Source of the DNA: an uncultured Acidobacteriaceae bacterium
GTDB lineage: Bacteria > Acidobacteriota > Terriglobia > Terriglobales > Acidobacteriaceae
Length of the DNA: 54,582 bases
Direction of reading: 5' to 3'
NCBI GenBank assembly: GCA_964453815.1
Contig: CAYVSQ010000372.1
Location: forward strand, 1 to 54,582
Shown: piece by piece, positions 18,430 through 26,177 of the stretch
Layout: each line of letters starts with the position of its first letter
Numbering within the stretch: the stretch's first letter is position 1
Made by a program: the position numbers and the translations under genes
The notes under the pieces: generated by a model
The model's database searches: none
What the model saw: only the letters and a program-made list of their open reading frames with translations
What the model was told of the DNA's origin: nothing

Positions 18430-19427
18430 TTGTCTCCTCCGCAATGCGGGCAGGAGACTGGTTCGGAGATAGACTGCTGGAGGTTCATAGAGCGCAGGCG
18501 CGCGATCCGGGAGGGATAGCAGTGAGGGCACTCGGTTGGCGGGTTTCCATCCCACAAGTCGGCAAAGACTCTGCCACGATTGAGGCTGATCCCGTAGGCT
18601 ACGGCAGCTTCCAGCGTTGCCAGGCGTGGCTGCGAGAAGTCCCCAAGATTCGCTAACTCTTCGAGCGCTCCGTTTCCTGGACGAGTGGGAATGAGGGTCG
18701 CCGCAGTGGCACCGCAAGCGAAGGCGAAATCGAGAGAGCGCTCGGCCCAATACAGCGCTTCTTGCTGCCGCATGAAGGGAGGCTTCACCAGGATGAAGAC
18801 ACGCAGATCGATATTGTGTTCGCGCAGACGGGAAGCCGCCGTGGCGAACTGATCGCTGGTCATTCCTTTATTCAGCCGTTCGAGGATTTCAGGATGGACA
18901 GTTTCGAGGCCCATTGCGACTTCCAGCCGGCCGGTCAACTGGTCGTTGAATCGGAAGCAGCTTTCGCTGACCAATGCGGGATGGCATTCCACGATAACTC
19001 GTTCGAATGAGGCTACCCGACTCAGGATGGCCGGATGGTCTTGCATGGGAATGGCCCGCGTATCGAAGAAGCTGCCGCTGTTGTAGAGCTTGATATGACG
19101 CACGGGTAAAAGGTGTTCGAGGGCGTAGTCGATCTGGGAGGGGATGGCTCCCGGCACGGTCTCGGTCAGCGTGTTTTTCCAGAGATCGCACATCAGGCAT
19201 CGCCATGGGCATTCGCGATTGGTGAGGAAGACCGTGGCCACTGAGACGATTTCTCCATCTGCTGAGCATTCGTCTTCCACGAAGAAGGCGTAGGGCTGTG
19301 AAGGGTCGAGAGCATTTCGCACGGGACGGCGTGCAAGGATCCACACGTCGCGGTCCATGCGAGTCTTTGGATACAAAGACGGAGGATAGGAAGACGGCAA
19401 CGAGGTTCTCATTCCCGCGTCACTCAT
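18426..19427 (-). CDS. Radical SAM protein, Elp3/archaeal RaSEA-like
   Basis: CPWRCLMC (CxxxCxxC); IKLYNSGSFFD; VAMGLET; LNKGMT; FILVKPPF; C-terminal CPHC...CPHC. Alternative start at 19412. Confidence 0.85.
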   Translation of the reverse strand: MSDAGMRTSLPSSYPPSLYPKTRMDRDVWILARRPVRNALDPSQPYAFFVEDECSADGEIVSVATVFLTNRECPWRCLMCDLWKNTLTETVPGAIPSQIDYALEHLLPVRHIKLYNSGSFFDTRAIPMQDHPAILSRVASFERVIVECHPALVSESCFRFNDQLTGRLEVAMGLETVHPEILERLNKGMTSDQFATAASRLREHNIDLRVFILVKPPFMRQQEALYWAERSLDFAFACGATAATLIPTRPGNGALEELANLGDFSQPRLATLEAAVAYGISLNRGRVFADLWDGNPPTECPHCYPSRIARLRSMNLQQSISEPVSCPHCGGDN

Positions 19428-19460
19428 TCCCCACGTCTCCCATTCCCACGTCTCTCATTC
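19407..19460 (-). repeat. Tandem 15/16-bp repeat, ~3.5 copies, across the AsnB-like/radical SAM junction
   Basis: Minus strand reads GAATGAGAGACGTGG GAATGGGAGACGTGGG GAATGAGTGACGCGG GAATGAGA. Confidence 0.85.
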
Positions 19461-20774
19461 ATAGATCGACAGGAATTGCCTCCGGTACTCGACTTCGCGG
19501 TATGGAAGGCGCGAATGCAGGGCATCCTCAGGCAGCGCACCATGCTGAAAGCGCCGCTTGGGAAAGACGGGCATGGACAAACCGGTGACGGCGGCCACGC
19601 CTCGCGAAACGATTTCACCTTTCAGTTCATATAGGCGGTCGACATCGTACTTCGTCAGGTCGATGAAGGGAATCGCCTCAGCAACAGCAATAACCCTCGG
19701 TTTGGTGTAAGGGCTGAAGCCTTTGAAGCCAAAATGATGGGCTGGAGCATAGGTGCGGGTGTAGGAGCGGCTCAGGCCGCCGCTGTAGGTGAGGGAGTGC
19801 TTGATCTTTCCGACGCCCCAGCCTTCCTGATAGAGCATCTGGTTATTGATGACGCTGCGAATGGTGAGCTCCGAATTCTCTTCGATGGGATAGTCTTTAA
19901 GATTTTCGTCGCCACCATCGCCATCTATCAGGTAGCGCCACTCCGGATAGCGTTCGCGGATTCCCCGGCAGAGAGCAATGGCCATGGTTGCCGACTCGAT
20001 ATCGAGGGGTTTGTAGTCTTCGGTGATGCGGATGGTGTCGCCTGCATCGAGCTCGGATACGTGGGCCTCGATCGGTTCGAGAAACAGCGAGAGCCCCAGG
20101 CGATCGAGAAAGGCGTGCGCCTGCTGGAGATCGGGCCCATCGCCGAGATCGAGTACAAATGCCTTCAATCGGGCGGGATTCATGCCGACCTTTCGCATGA
20201 CGTAGTACGTCGTGAGGAAGACGCTACCGCTATCGATGCCGCCGGAAAAGCAGACGCCAATTGGTTGTTGCGCAGGAATAGTTTTTAGCCACTGCGAGAT
20301 CTCTTCGGCGAGCGCAGAGATGTAGGTGCGGCCAATCTCATCAAGGTTAGCGGGCAGGGTTCCAGAAGTTGGATCAAAAAAACGAGCGTAAAGGGGATCG
20401 GGGTCGGGGCATCCGATGAGCTGGAGTTCTACGACGTAATGGGCCGGCACCATTCGCGTGTAACTGGGGTGAAATTGCCTATCCAGCCCCTCGGACTTGA
20501 GCCAGTCAAAAATGGTGTCGATACGATGAGCTACGACCAGTGCAGGGCCTTCAGAGCGCTTGGCCAGGAAATAGCGCATGGGCCGGTCAAGGGAGCGTGC
20601 CATTTTGACGGTCTTGCCTGACCGGGCAAGAAGAGCGAAGGAACCCTCTATTCCGCGCACGGCTTCCGGCGGCTGCTTTAGCAGGAGCCTGCGTGCTTCT
20701 TCAATGCTCAGGTTGTAGATCTGGTTTGCGTCGGGGTCTGTAAGGTCAACGACTCGTTCAACGTAGTGATCCAC
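19455..20774 (-). CDS. Asparagine-synthetase-related ATP-dependent amide ligase lacking the glutaminase Cys1
   Basis: PP-loop FSGGIDSG; DGDGGDE (AsnB has SGEGADE); eroded Ntn domain (IEGSFAL, ARSLDRPMRY). GTG start at 20774 after GAGG. Confidence 0.8.
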   Translation of the reverse strand: MDHYVERVVDLTDPDANQIYNLSIEEARRLLLKQPPEAVRGIEGSFALLARSGKTVKMARSLDRPMRYFLAKRSEGPALVVAHRIDTIFDWLKSEGLDRQFHPSYTRMVPAHYVVELQLIGCPDPDPLYARFFDPTSGTLPANLDEIGRTYISALAEEISQWLKTIPAQQPIGVCFSGGIDSGSVFLTTYYVMRKVGMNPARLKAFVLDLGDGPDLQQAHAFLDRLGLSLFLEPIEAHVSELDAGDTIRITEDYKPLDIESATMAIALCRGIRERYPEWRYLIDGDGGDENLKDYPIEENSELTIRSVINNQMLYQEGWGVGKIKHSLTYSGGLSRSYTRTYAPAHHFGFKGFSPYTKPRVIAVAEAIPFIDLTKYDVDRLYELKGEIVSRGVAAVTGLSMPVFPKRRFQHGALPEDALHSRLPYREVEYRRQFLSIYE

Positions 20775-21047
20775 AATCAACCTCAAATTGCGTTTGTTGT
20801 GCTACCCCAGTCTACTCTGTGAAAACTCGTAAAATCATTCGCATCGAATCGACCCGGATACTGTGTCCGTCCGTGAACATTGATTCTCAAGATTGGACAG
20901 CGGCCGTCTTGCACTCGCCTCGTTACGACATGCCAATCTGATTGTCCTGCTTGAGCTTACGGATCATGTTCTGTAGCTTGGGCCTTGGTCCGCAAGTTGC
21001 TGATAACTCCACTGCTGAAGTGTAGGCTGATACACCGGGAGGCGGGG

Positions 21048-21488
21048 ATGGCGCATTTTGAGCGGATTCGCGATGTGATTTCGGGGCCGTTTAGTTCGGA
21101 CATTATGCGGCAGAGGACAGCGGCGGGCTGGCAACTGGTTTCGATCGAGTGGCGGCGGGAGCTGCCGGCGAACGAGGCTCCTTCCGAGGGCGCATTCAAC
21201 GAAGAGATTCCCTATGGACTGCGCATCTCCGATGACTGCCAGCGACTGGAGGTCGATCCTCACGAGAACGCCGCGCTGGTGCTGATGATGGAGTTGCTGG
21301 TGCAGGATTTTCCCATTTCGAGCGTGGCCAGCGATCTGAACGAAAAGGGCTTCCGCACGCGCGCCGGAAAGCCATGGAATCCGGTGACAGTCTTTAACAT
21401 GCTACCGCGGTTGATTGAGGTGGGGCCGAGGCTCTTCTCGACCGACGACTGGGAAGCACGACGGCAGAAGTTCGCGAGGTTTATCTAA
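21048..21488 (+). CDS. Stand-alone recombinase DNA-binding domain protein (large serine recombinase RD-like)
   Basis: PYGLR...EVDPHE...SSVASDLNEKGFRTRAGKPWNPVTVFNML; GGAGG RBS; no resolvase catalytic domain. Confidence 0.7.
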   Translation: MAHFERIRDVISGPFSSDIMRQRTAAGWQLVSIEWRRELPANEAPSEGAFNEEIPYGLRISDDCQRLEVDPHENAALVLMMELLVQDFPISSVASDLNEKGFRTRAGKPWNPVTVFNMLPRLIEVGPRLFSTDDWEARRQKFARFI

Positions 21489-21494
21489 TTGCAG

Positions 21495-22628
21495 TTACGG
21501 CGCGTTGACCGCGACGGGGCGCGCGTCTGCATTCAGACCAAGGGCGCGGAGGATTGCGGGATCCGGCGTGATTTGGGAGCTACTGTGTTCCACGACACCG
21601 AAGTTGCCGCGGTAGTCCCACATGGCCCAGCCAATGTGATTTTCTTCGAGGGCGGAGCGGACATCGCCGATCCAGCGGGCGCGCGAGGCCGGGTCCGCCG
21701 TGTCACGGTAAGCCCCGAATTCGTTGCAGATGAGCGGAACCTTGCGTTCACCTGCCCAGGCAGCGGCGAAGGCAATCCGCGCCGAAATGGACTGGCGGCC
21801 CCATCCGCCGGTCCCGTAAAGAAACAGATTGTAGCGGGCGGGGTCGCTGGGAACGTTTTTCATCTGCGCGGCCAGCGTGTCCGGCGTCGCCGGATAGGGG
21901 ATGTCCTTGAAAAAGACCCATTCGCTCGATCCCCAGGACGCTCCCTGGTGCGTGAACTGGTATGGCTCGTAGAAATGAAAGTTGTAGATCACGTTGGCGT
22001 CGCGCAGAGGTTCGAGCTGGAGTAGGTCGGGGAGGCTGGAATAGTTCGCGGCCGTGGCAATAATGGAGTGATCGGTGTCCACCCCGCGAATCGCCTCCAC
22101 CACACGCGCCTGGACGCCCATCCAGCGATAGGGGTCCTGCACTTCGGGTTCATTCATCAGCTCAAAGAACACTTTGTCGGGATCGGTTTTGCTGAAGTGA
22201 GCGGCCAGAACGCGCCAGAGCAAGACGAAGTCGTCTACTCCGCGCTCAGTCGCCAAGTTGCGCTTGTAGTCGTCATTGGGAAATACGCAAAGCATCACCG
22301 CGAGATGATTGGCCAGAGCCCGGTCGATGGAGCGATCGAGGTGCGCGACGGCGTCGGGGTTTGCGGGATTGAGTTGCCCGTGGCGCACGATGAGCGACGG
22401 CTCCACGCCCAGGCGGACGGAGTCAAAACCCATCTCATGGATCAGCTTCAGATCGGCCTCATTCGTAAATGTGTCGAAATGCTGCTGAGATAAATCGCCG
22501 GAGCTGGCGAACCATCCAGAGAGATTGATGCCATGCTGCAGAGAGGCCGCACGTTCAAATGCCGGGCTTTGCGCAAAAGAAATCTGAAAAGTGGCAAGAA
22601 GCACCATCAGCAGCGCAGCTCTGCGCAT
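21495..22628 (-). CDS. Secreted GH5 glycoside hydrolase (cellulase-like)
   Basis: Signal peptide; GINL; GFDSVRL; ELMNEP (acid/base); FHFYEP..FTHQGA; CNEFG (nucleophile); WAMWDY. Confidence 0.9.
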   Translation of the reverse strand: MRRAALLMVLLATFQISFAQSPAFERAASLQHGINLSGWFASSGDLSQQHFDTFTNEADLKLIHEMGFDSVRLGVEPSLIVRHGQLNPANPDAVAHLDRSIDRALANHLAVMLCVFPNDDYKRNLATERGVDDFVLLWRVLAAHFSKTDPDKVFFELMNEPEVQDPYRWMGVQARVVEAIRGVDTDHSIIATAANYSSLPDLLQLEPLRDANVIYNFHFYEPYQFTHQGASWGSSEWVFFKDIPYPATPDTLAAQMKNVPSDPARYNLFLYGTGGWGRQSISARIAFAAAWAGERKVPLICNEFGAYRDTADPASRARWIGDVRSALEENHIGWAMWDYRGNFGVVEHSSSQITPDPAILRALGLNADARPVAVNAP

Positions 22629-22819
22629 AGAATAAGCTCTCCGAAAGGAAGGTGTATTGTATGACACGAACTTAATCTCCGGGCAAAACGTCAATTCAGC
22701 TCATCAGGACACGGTTGAGTCACTATGCCCTTGACGCAGTCTATTTGAAATGAACAATGTGATGTATACGTTTGTATCCAGTGCCGCTGGCTGGTAAGCA
22801 ACATCACTGAGAGAGCGGT

Positions 22820-23854
22820 ATGGATCGCAAGCCAACAATGAATGACGTAGCCCGCGTGGCCGGCGTGGGAACCATGACCGTCTCGCGCGTCCTGAATGAA
22901 TCGGCGCCCGTCTCGGCGAAAGCTGCGGAACGCGTCTATCAGGCTATCGAGAAGCTTGGATACCGCCCGAATGAGATGGCGCGAGCACTTCGCGGCTTGA
23001 AATCGCGGACCATCGGCATTATCGTTCCGTATCTTTACGATCCGTTCTTCGCAACCATCGCGCATGCGATCAATACGGTCGCCAAAGAAAATAACTACTC
23101 GGTCATTCTCACCACCTCCAATGAAGATGCCGACTCGGAGTTCGCCGAGGCCGAGTTGATGCTGCAACGGCGCGTGGACGGGCTCATCGTGATTCCTGCC
23201 GACGCGCGTCGTTCGCGACTCAGCCGCGCCGAATTCGACAACACGCACATCGTCACGTTAGATCGCCCTGTGCAGGACCGGAGATTCGATACCGTTCTGG
23301 TGCATAACCAAGGTGGATCCAAACGTGCCGTCCAGCACCTGATTAAAGAGCACGGCCACAGGCGGGTCGTTTTCATCGGGCTCAACAGGCAGCTATACAC
23401 CGTGCGCGCACGCTTCGAGGGCTATCGTCGCGCCATGCTCGAAGCCGGCCTGCACGCGGAACCTTCTTTCAAATGCGCCTCCCAGGAATTGACATCGGCG
23501 GTGATCGCCGGTGTGATGAGTGAGAAGATTCCACCAACTGCCTTCTTCTGCTTCAACAACCTGACCACACGCTACACCCTACGCGCGCTGATGGATCTGG
23601 GGGTGAAGATTCCCGAGGAAGTGGCGCTGATCGGCTTTGATGACTTCGAGCTCGCGGAAATCCTTTATCCCAACCTGACGGTTGTACGGCAGCCCGTGTA
23701 CGAGGTGGGTCGCGTCGCCGCCAGCCTCCTTTTCGACCGGCTCAAGCAGGATGAATTCCCCAAGGATGGCAACAGGATTGTGCTGCCCGTCGAGTTAATC
23801 ATCCGGCGTTCGTGCGGATGCCGGCCCTGCGCGGCGCGGAATAACGGGAACTGA
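22820..23854 (+). CDS. LacI-family transcriptional regulator
   Basis: PTMNDVARVAGVGTMTVSRVLN HTH; YRPNEMAR; IGFDD; LTVVRQP. Divergent from the GH5 gene. Confidence 0.95.
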   Translation: MDRKPTMNDVARVAGVGTMTVSRVLNESAPVSAKAAERVYQAIEKLGYRPNEMARALRGLKSRTIGIIVPYLYDPFFATIAHAINTVAKENNYSVILTTSNEDADSEFAEAELMLQRRVDGLIVIPADARRSRLSRAEFDNTHIVTLDRPVQDRRFDTVLVHNQGGSKRAVQHLIKEHGHRRVVFIGLNRQLYTVRARFEGYRRAMLEAGLHAEPSFKCASQELTSAVIAGVMSEKIPPTAFFCFNNLTTRYTLRALMDLGVKIPEEVALIGFDDFELAEILYPNLTVVRQPVYEVGRVAASLLFDRLKQDEFPKDGNRIVLPVELIIRRSCGCRPCAARNNGN

Positions 23855-23940
23855 ATCGCCCCAGAGCCCTGTTAACAGGCCCTAGTGTGCATGCAGCCTG
23901 GCGAGAAGCTGCGCCGCCGCACTTTGTGGAGCAGGCGCCT

Positions 23941-24310
23941 TTACTGGCAGAGCAACTCAGCAGCGTGCCCAACAGCATCTCCATCGAGGGGCATACAGAT
24001 TCGCTGCCCTATGCCAATGACAAGGGCTATGGGAACTAGGAGCTTTCCGCAGACCGCGCCAATGCCGCGCGCCGTCTGATCGAGGACAAGGGGCTTCGCC
24101 GCAATCAGGTTTCCAGGTGCGTGGCTACGCGGATCAGCGCCTGCGTCTGCCAAATAATCCCCTCGATCCTTCCAATCGCCGCATTTCTCTGATCGTGCAA
24201 AATCTCGACGCGCCGTCACCATCAGACGGCGCGTCCGTGAAGGAGTCAGCGATATCAGCGTCCCCCGTAGCCAACATCGCCGCGAAACCTGCTGCCGCCG
24301 TGACCGCGAT
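23941..24310 (+). pseudogene. motB: motB remnant, C-terminal part of the OmpA-like peptidoglycan-binding domain
   Basis: LLAEQLSSVPNSISIEGHTDSLPY...GN*ELSADRANAARR has TAG at 24037-24039 in place of Trp; 1-nt deletion near 24115; then VRGYADQRLRLPNNPLDPSNRRISLIV. Confidence 0.85.
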
Positions 24311-24311
24311 C

Positions 24312-24395
24312 GGTCAGCAGTTCACGGCCGTTCGCGTTCAACACCGTGTCCCCGGTGTCGAAAAACGTTCCGTTCTTCGATTCGACCAGCTCGAT
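24312..24395 (-). pseudogene. motB: motB remnant, upstream part of the same domain, on the opposite strand
   Basis: IELVESKNGTFFDTGDTVLNANGRELLT, the segment that normally precedes L..L...PN.ISIEGHTD. Confidence 0.7.
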
Positions 24396-24404
24396 TGCTC
24401 GATC

Positions 24405-24589
24405 CGCCTCTCTGGCTGAAGTTCCGGCGCCGGACCGGTGCGGAATATCGACTCCGGTCAGCCACCGATAGTGGTCGGCGAGAGCATTGTAGACTTCCTT
24501 TTCCGGCCAGCCTTGCGCGGAGAGAGAACCCCCACCAGCGAGTCGTGCGGGATGCCCACAGCCAACGCTTTCTCGATAAACTCGGCATC
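24405..24589 (-). pseudogene. Frameshifted, truncated N-terminal fragment resembling DUF5671-type membrane proteins
   Basis: DAEFIEKALAVGIPHDSLVGVLS, a frameshift in a CT run near 24520-24530, then AQGWPEKEVYNALADHY...IPHRSGAGTSAREA. Family recalled from the GWP...SAREAF pattern. Confidence 0.45.
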
Positions 24590-24719
24590 CCGCGGTCAGC
24601 GGGCACAAACAAGTTTTACATCATGCGTGGGAAAGCGAGCGAAAAGCCTAGCTAGGATTGTGCGAAGACTCTTCGCGGCAACCCTGACGATGTCAGCAGC
24701 GACCGAAGCCCGCGGGCGT

Positions 24720-26156
24720 TTATCTCCCCGCGGGCAGTCCAACGATGAATTCGGTGTTGCCCGGCTCGGAGGTGAACGTGATGGTTCCTCTGAATTGACC
24801 TACGACGATGCGGTGAGCGATGTCCAGGCCCAGGCCCGTACCGATGCCCTGCGGTTTGGTCGTGAAGAAAGGCTCGAAGATCTGCTCGCGATGTTCCGGG
24901 GCTATCCCGGATCCTTGATCGGAGATACCGATAAAGGCCTGCTCGCCTTCAGTCCAGGTGCGGATAACGATTTTGCCGCCTTCGGGCGAAGCGTCGATCG
25001 CATTATCGAGAATATTTGTCCACACCTGGCTCAGGCCCGTCCCGGTGGTTTTGATTGTGGGCATCTCCGCGGCAAATCGCTTTTCAATGGCGATCTGCTT
25101 ATACCGGAACTTGTGAGCGAGGATAGTCAGCGTGCTCTGTATGCTGTCATGCACATCGATTTCACGCTCGCGATTCTTGTCGTCATAGGCATACTTCTTC
25201 ACGGCGATCACCAGGTCGGTGATGCGGGTGATACTCTCTTCGATGGTTCCCACCAGTTGCATGCTCGAAATGAGCGACATCAGCCAGTTGAGCGCATCGG
25301 AAAGAAACTCGGACGGGAAAGCCGCATGAGCGCATTCAATATCTTCGCGCTGCCAGCCCACGGCCACCAGCGTAGGAGCCAGTTGCCAGGCGTTCTCCAC
25401 CCCAATGCTCTCCAGCCAGCCAAGTAATTCATCTTCCGCATCGGCTTGCTCGAGCGTGCTCATTGCCGCAGGTTTCTCGAACTTCAAAACCTCCTCCTGT
25501 AACTCGCGCAGGCAGTCTTTTTGTTCCGGCGTGAGCGGAGTGCGAGTGAATCGAAGGCTTATCTGCTGCAGGCGAACAAGATTTTCACGCAACTGGGAGG
25601 ATGCGCGGCGAGCAGCGGCTCCAGGGTTGTTGAGCTCGTGCATAAGGCCAGCAGCAAGTGTGCCGAGCGAGATAAGCTTTTCACGATGCAGGGTGAGCAC
25701 CTGGTAGGCCTCCAGACGCCGGCCCATATTGATCAGAATTCCGGAGCGCACCACGGGGCAGGTTCCCATGAGGCTCCAAAAGGAGGCTGGACTCACGCGC
25801 ACAAGGTGACTCGCGGTAATCACTTCGCCGCGTGCCGGGGCTGACGCGATTCCAGTGAGAAGTGGAACCTCACCGAACGTATCGCCTTCCTTGAGCGCGC
25901 CGAGCAGCGTTACTCCGCCGTCAGCCTCGGGCTTGGTTACGCGCACTTCACCCGTAAGCAATATCCAAAAGAACAGGTCCTTGTCGCCTCGGTCGAAGAG
26001 TAGCGAGCCTGCCGGCGCTTCGACCAGTTCGACATCCCCAAGGCACTGGAGATCCCGCTCTTGGGTCTGCTGAAAGATAGGTATTTGCCGTATTTGCGCA
26101 AGCAGCTGCTGCGCGGGAATCGTTTTCGTGCTCAGGTTAGTCTGCTTCTCTTCCAT
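24720..26156 (-). CDS. Cytoplasmic sensor histidine kinase with an N-terminal cNMP-binding domain
   Basis: cNMP fold (GEVRV, FGEVPLL); H-box GLMHELNNP; NILDNAIDA; DQGSGI; FEPFFTTK; GTGLGL. Confidence 0.93.
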   Translation of the reverse strand: MEEKQTNLSTKTIPAQQLLAQIRQIPIFQQTQERDLQCLGDVELVEAPAGSLLFDRGDKDLFFWILLTGEVRVTKPEADGGVTLLGALKEGDTFGEVPLLTGIASAPARGEVITASHLVRVSPASFWSLMGTCPVVRSGILINMGRRLEAYQVLTLHREKLISLGTLAAGLMHELNNPGAAARRASSQLRENLVRLQQISLRFTRTPLTPEQKDCLRELQEEVLKFEKPAAMSTLEQADAEDELLGWLESIGVENAWQLAPTLVAVGWQREDIECAHAAFPSEFLSDALNWLMSLISSMQLVGTIEESITRITDLVIAVKKYAYDDKNREREIDVHDSIQSTLTILAHKFRYKQIAIEKRFAAEMPTIKTTGTGLSQVWTNILDNAIDASPEGGKIVIRTWTEGEQAFIGISDQGSGIAPEHREQIFEPFFTTKPQGIGTGLGLDIAHRIVVGQFRGTITFTSEPGNTEFIVGLPAGR

Positions 26157-26177
26157 CGATTCGCTTTTCTCGTCACT

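Noticed and set aside
18430-18750. N-terminal extension of the halogenase in the ORF track
   Set aside because: It overlaps the radical SAM gene; the Rossmann motif starts right after TTG 18429, which has a strong RBS.
19424-19618. 64-aa Cys-containing ORF as a RiPP/lasso precursor
   Set aside because: It lies almost wholly inside the ligase gene in another frame, with no leader motif and no B1/B2 peptidase or RRE genes.
22761-22778. LacI operator between the GH5 and lacI genes
   Set aside because: GATGTATA-CG-TTTGTATC has a central CG but weak symmetry, which is insufficient to call.
24037-24039. In-frame TAG (and TGA at 53342) as recoding
   Set aside because: Both replace a conserved Trp codon by one substitution and co-occur with frameshifts, which indicates pseudogenisation.
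24438-25427. 329-aa plus-strand ORF
   Set aside because: Antisense shadow of the histidine kinase with no motifs. The same applies to 285-869, 2729-3424, 42869-43933, 44010-44900 and similar ORFs.
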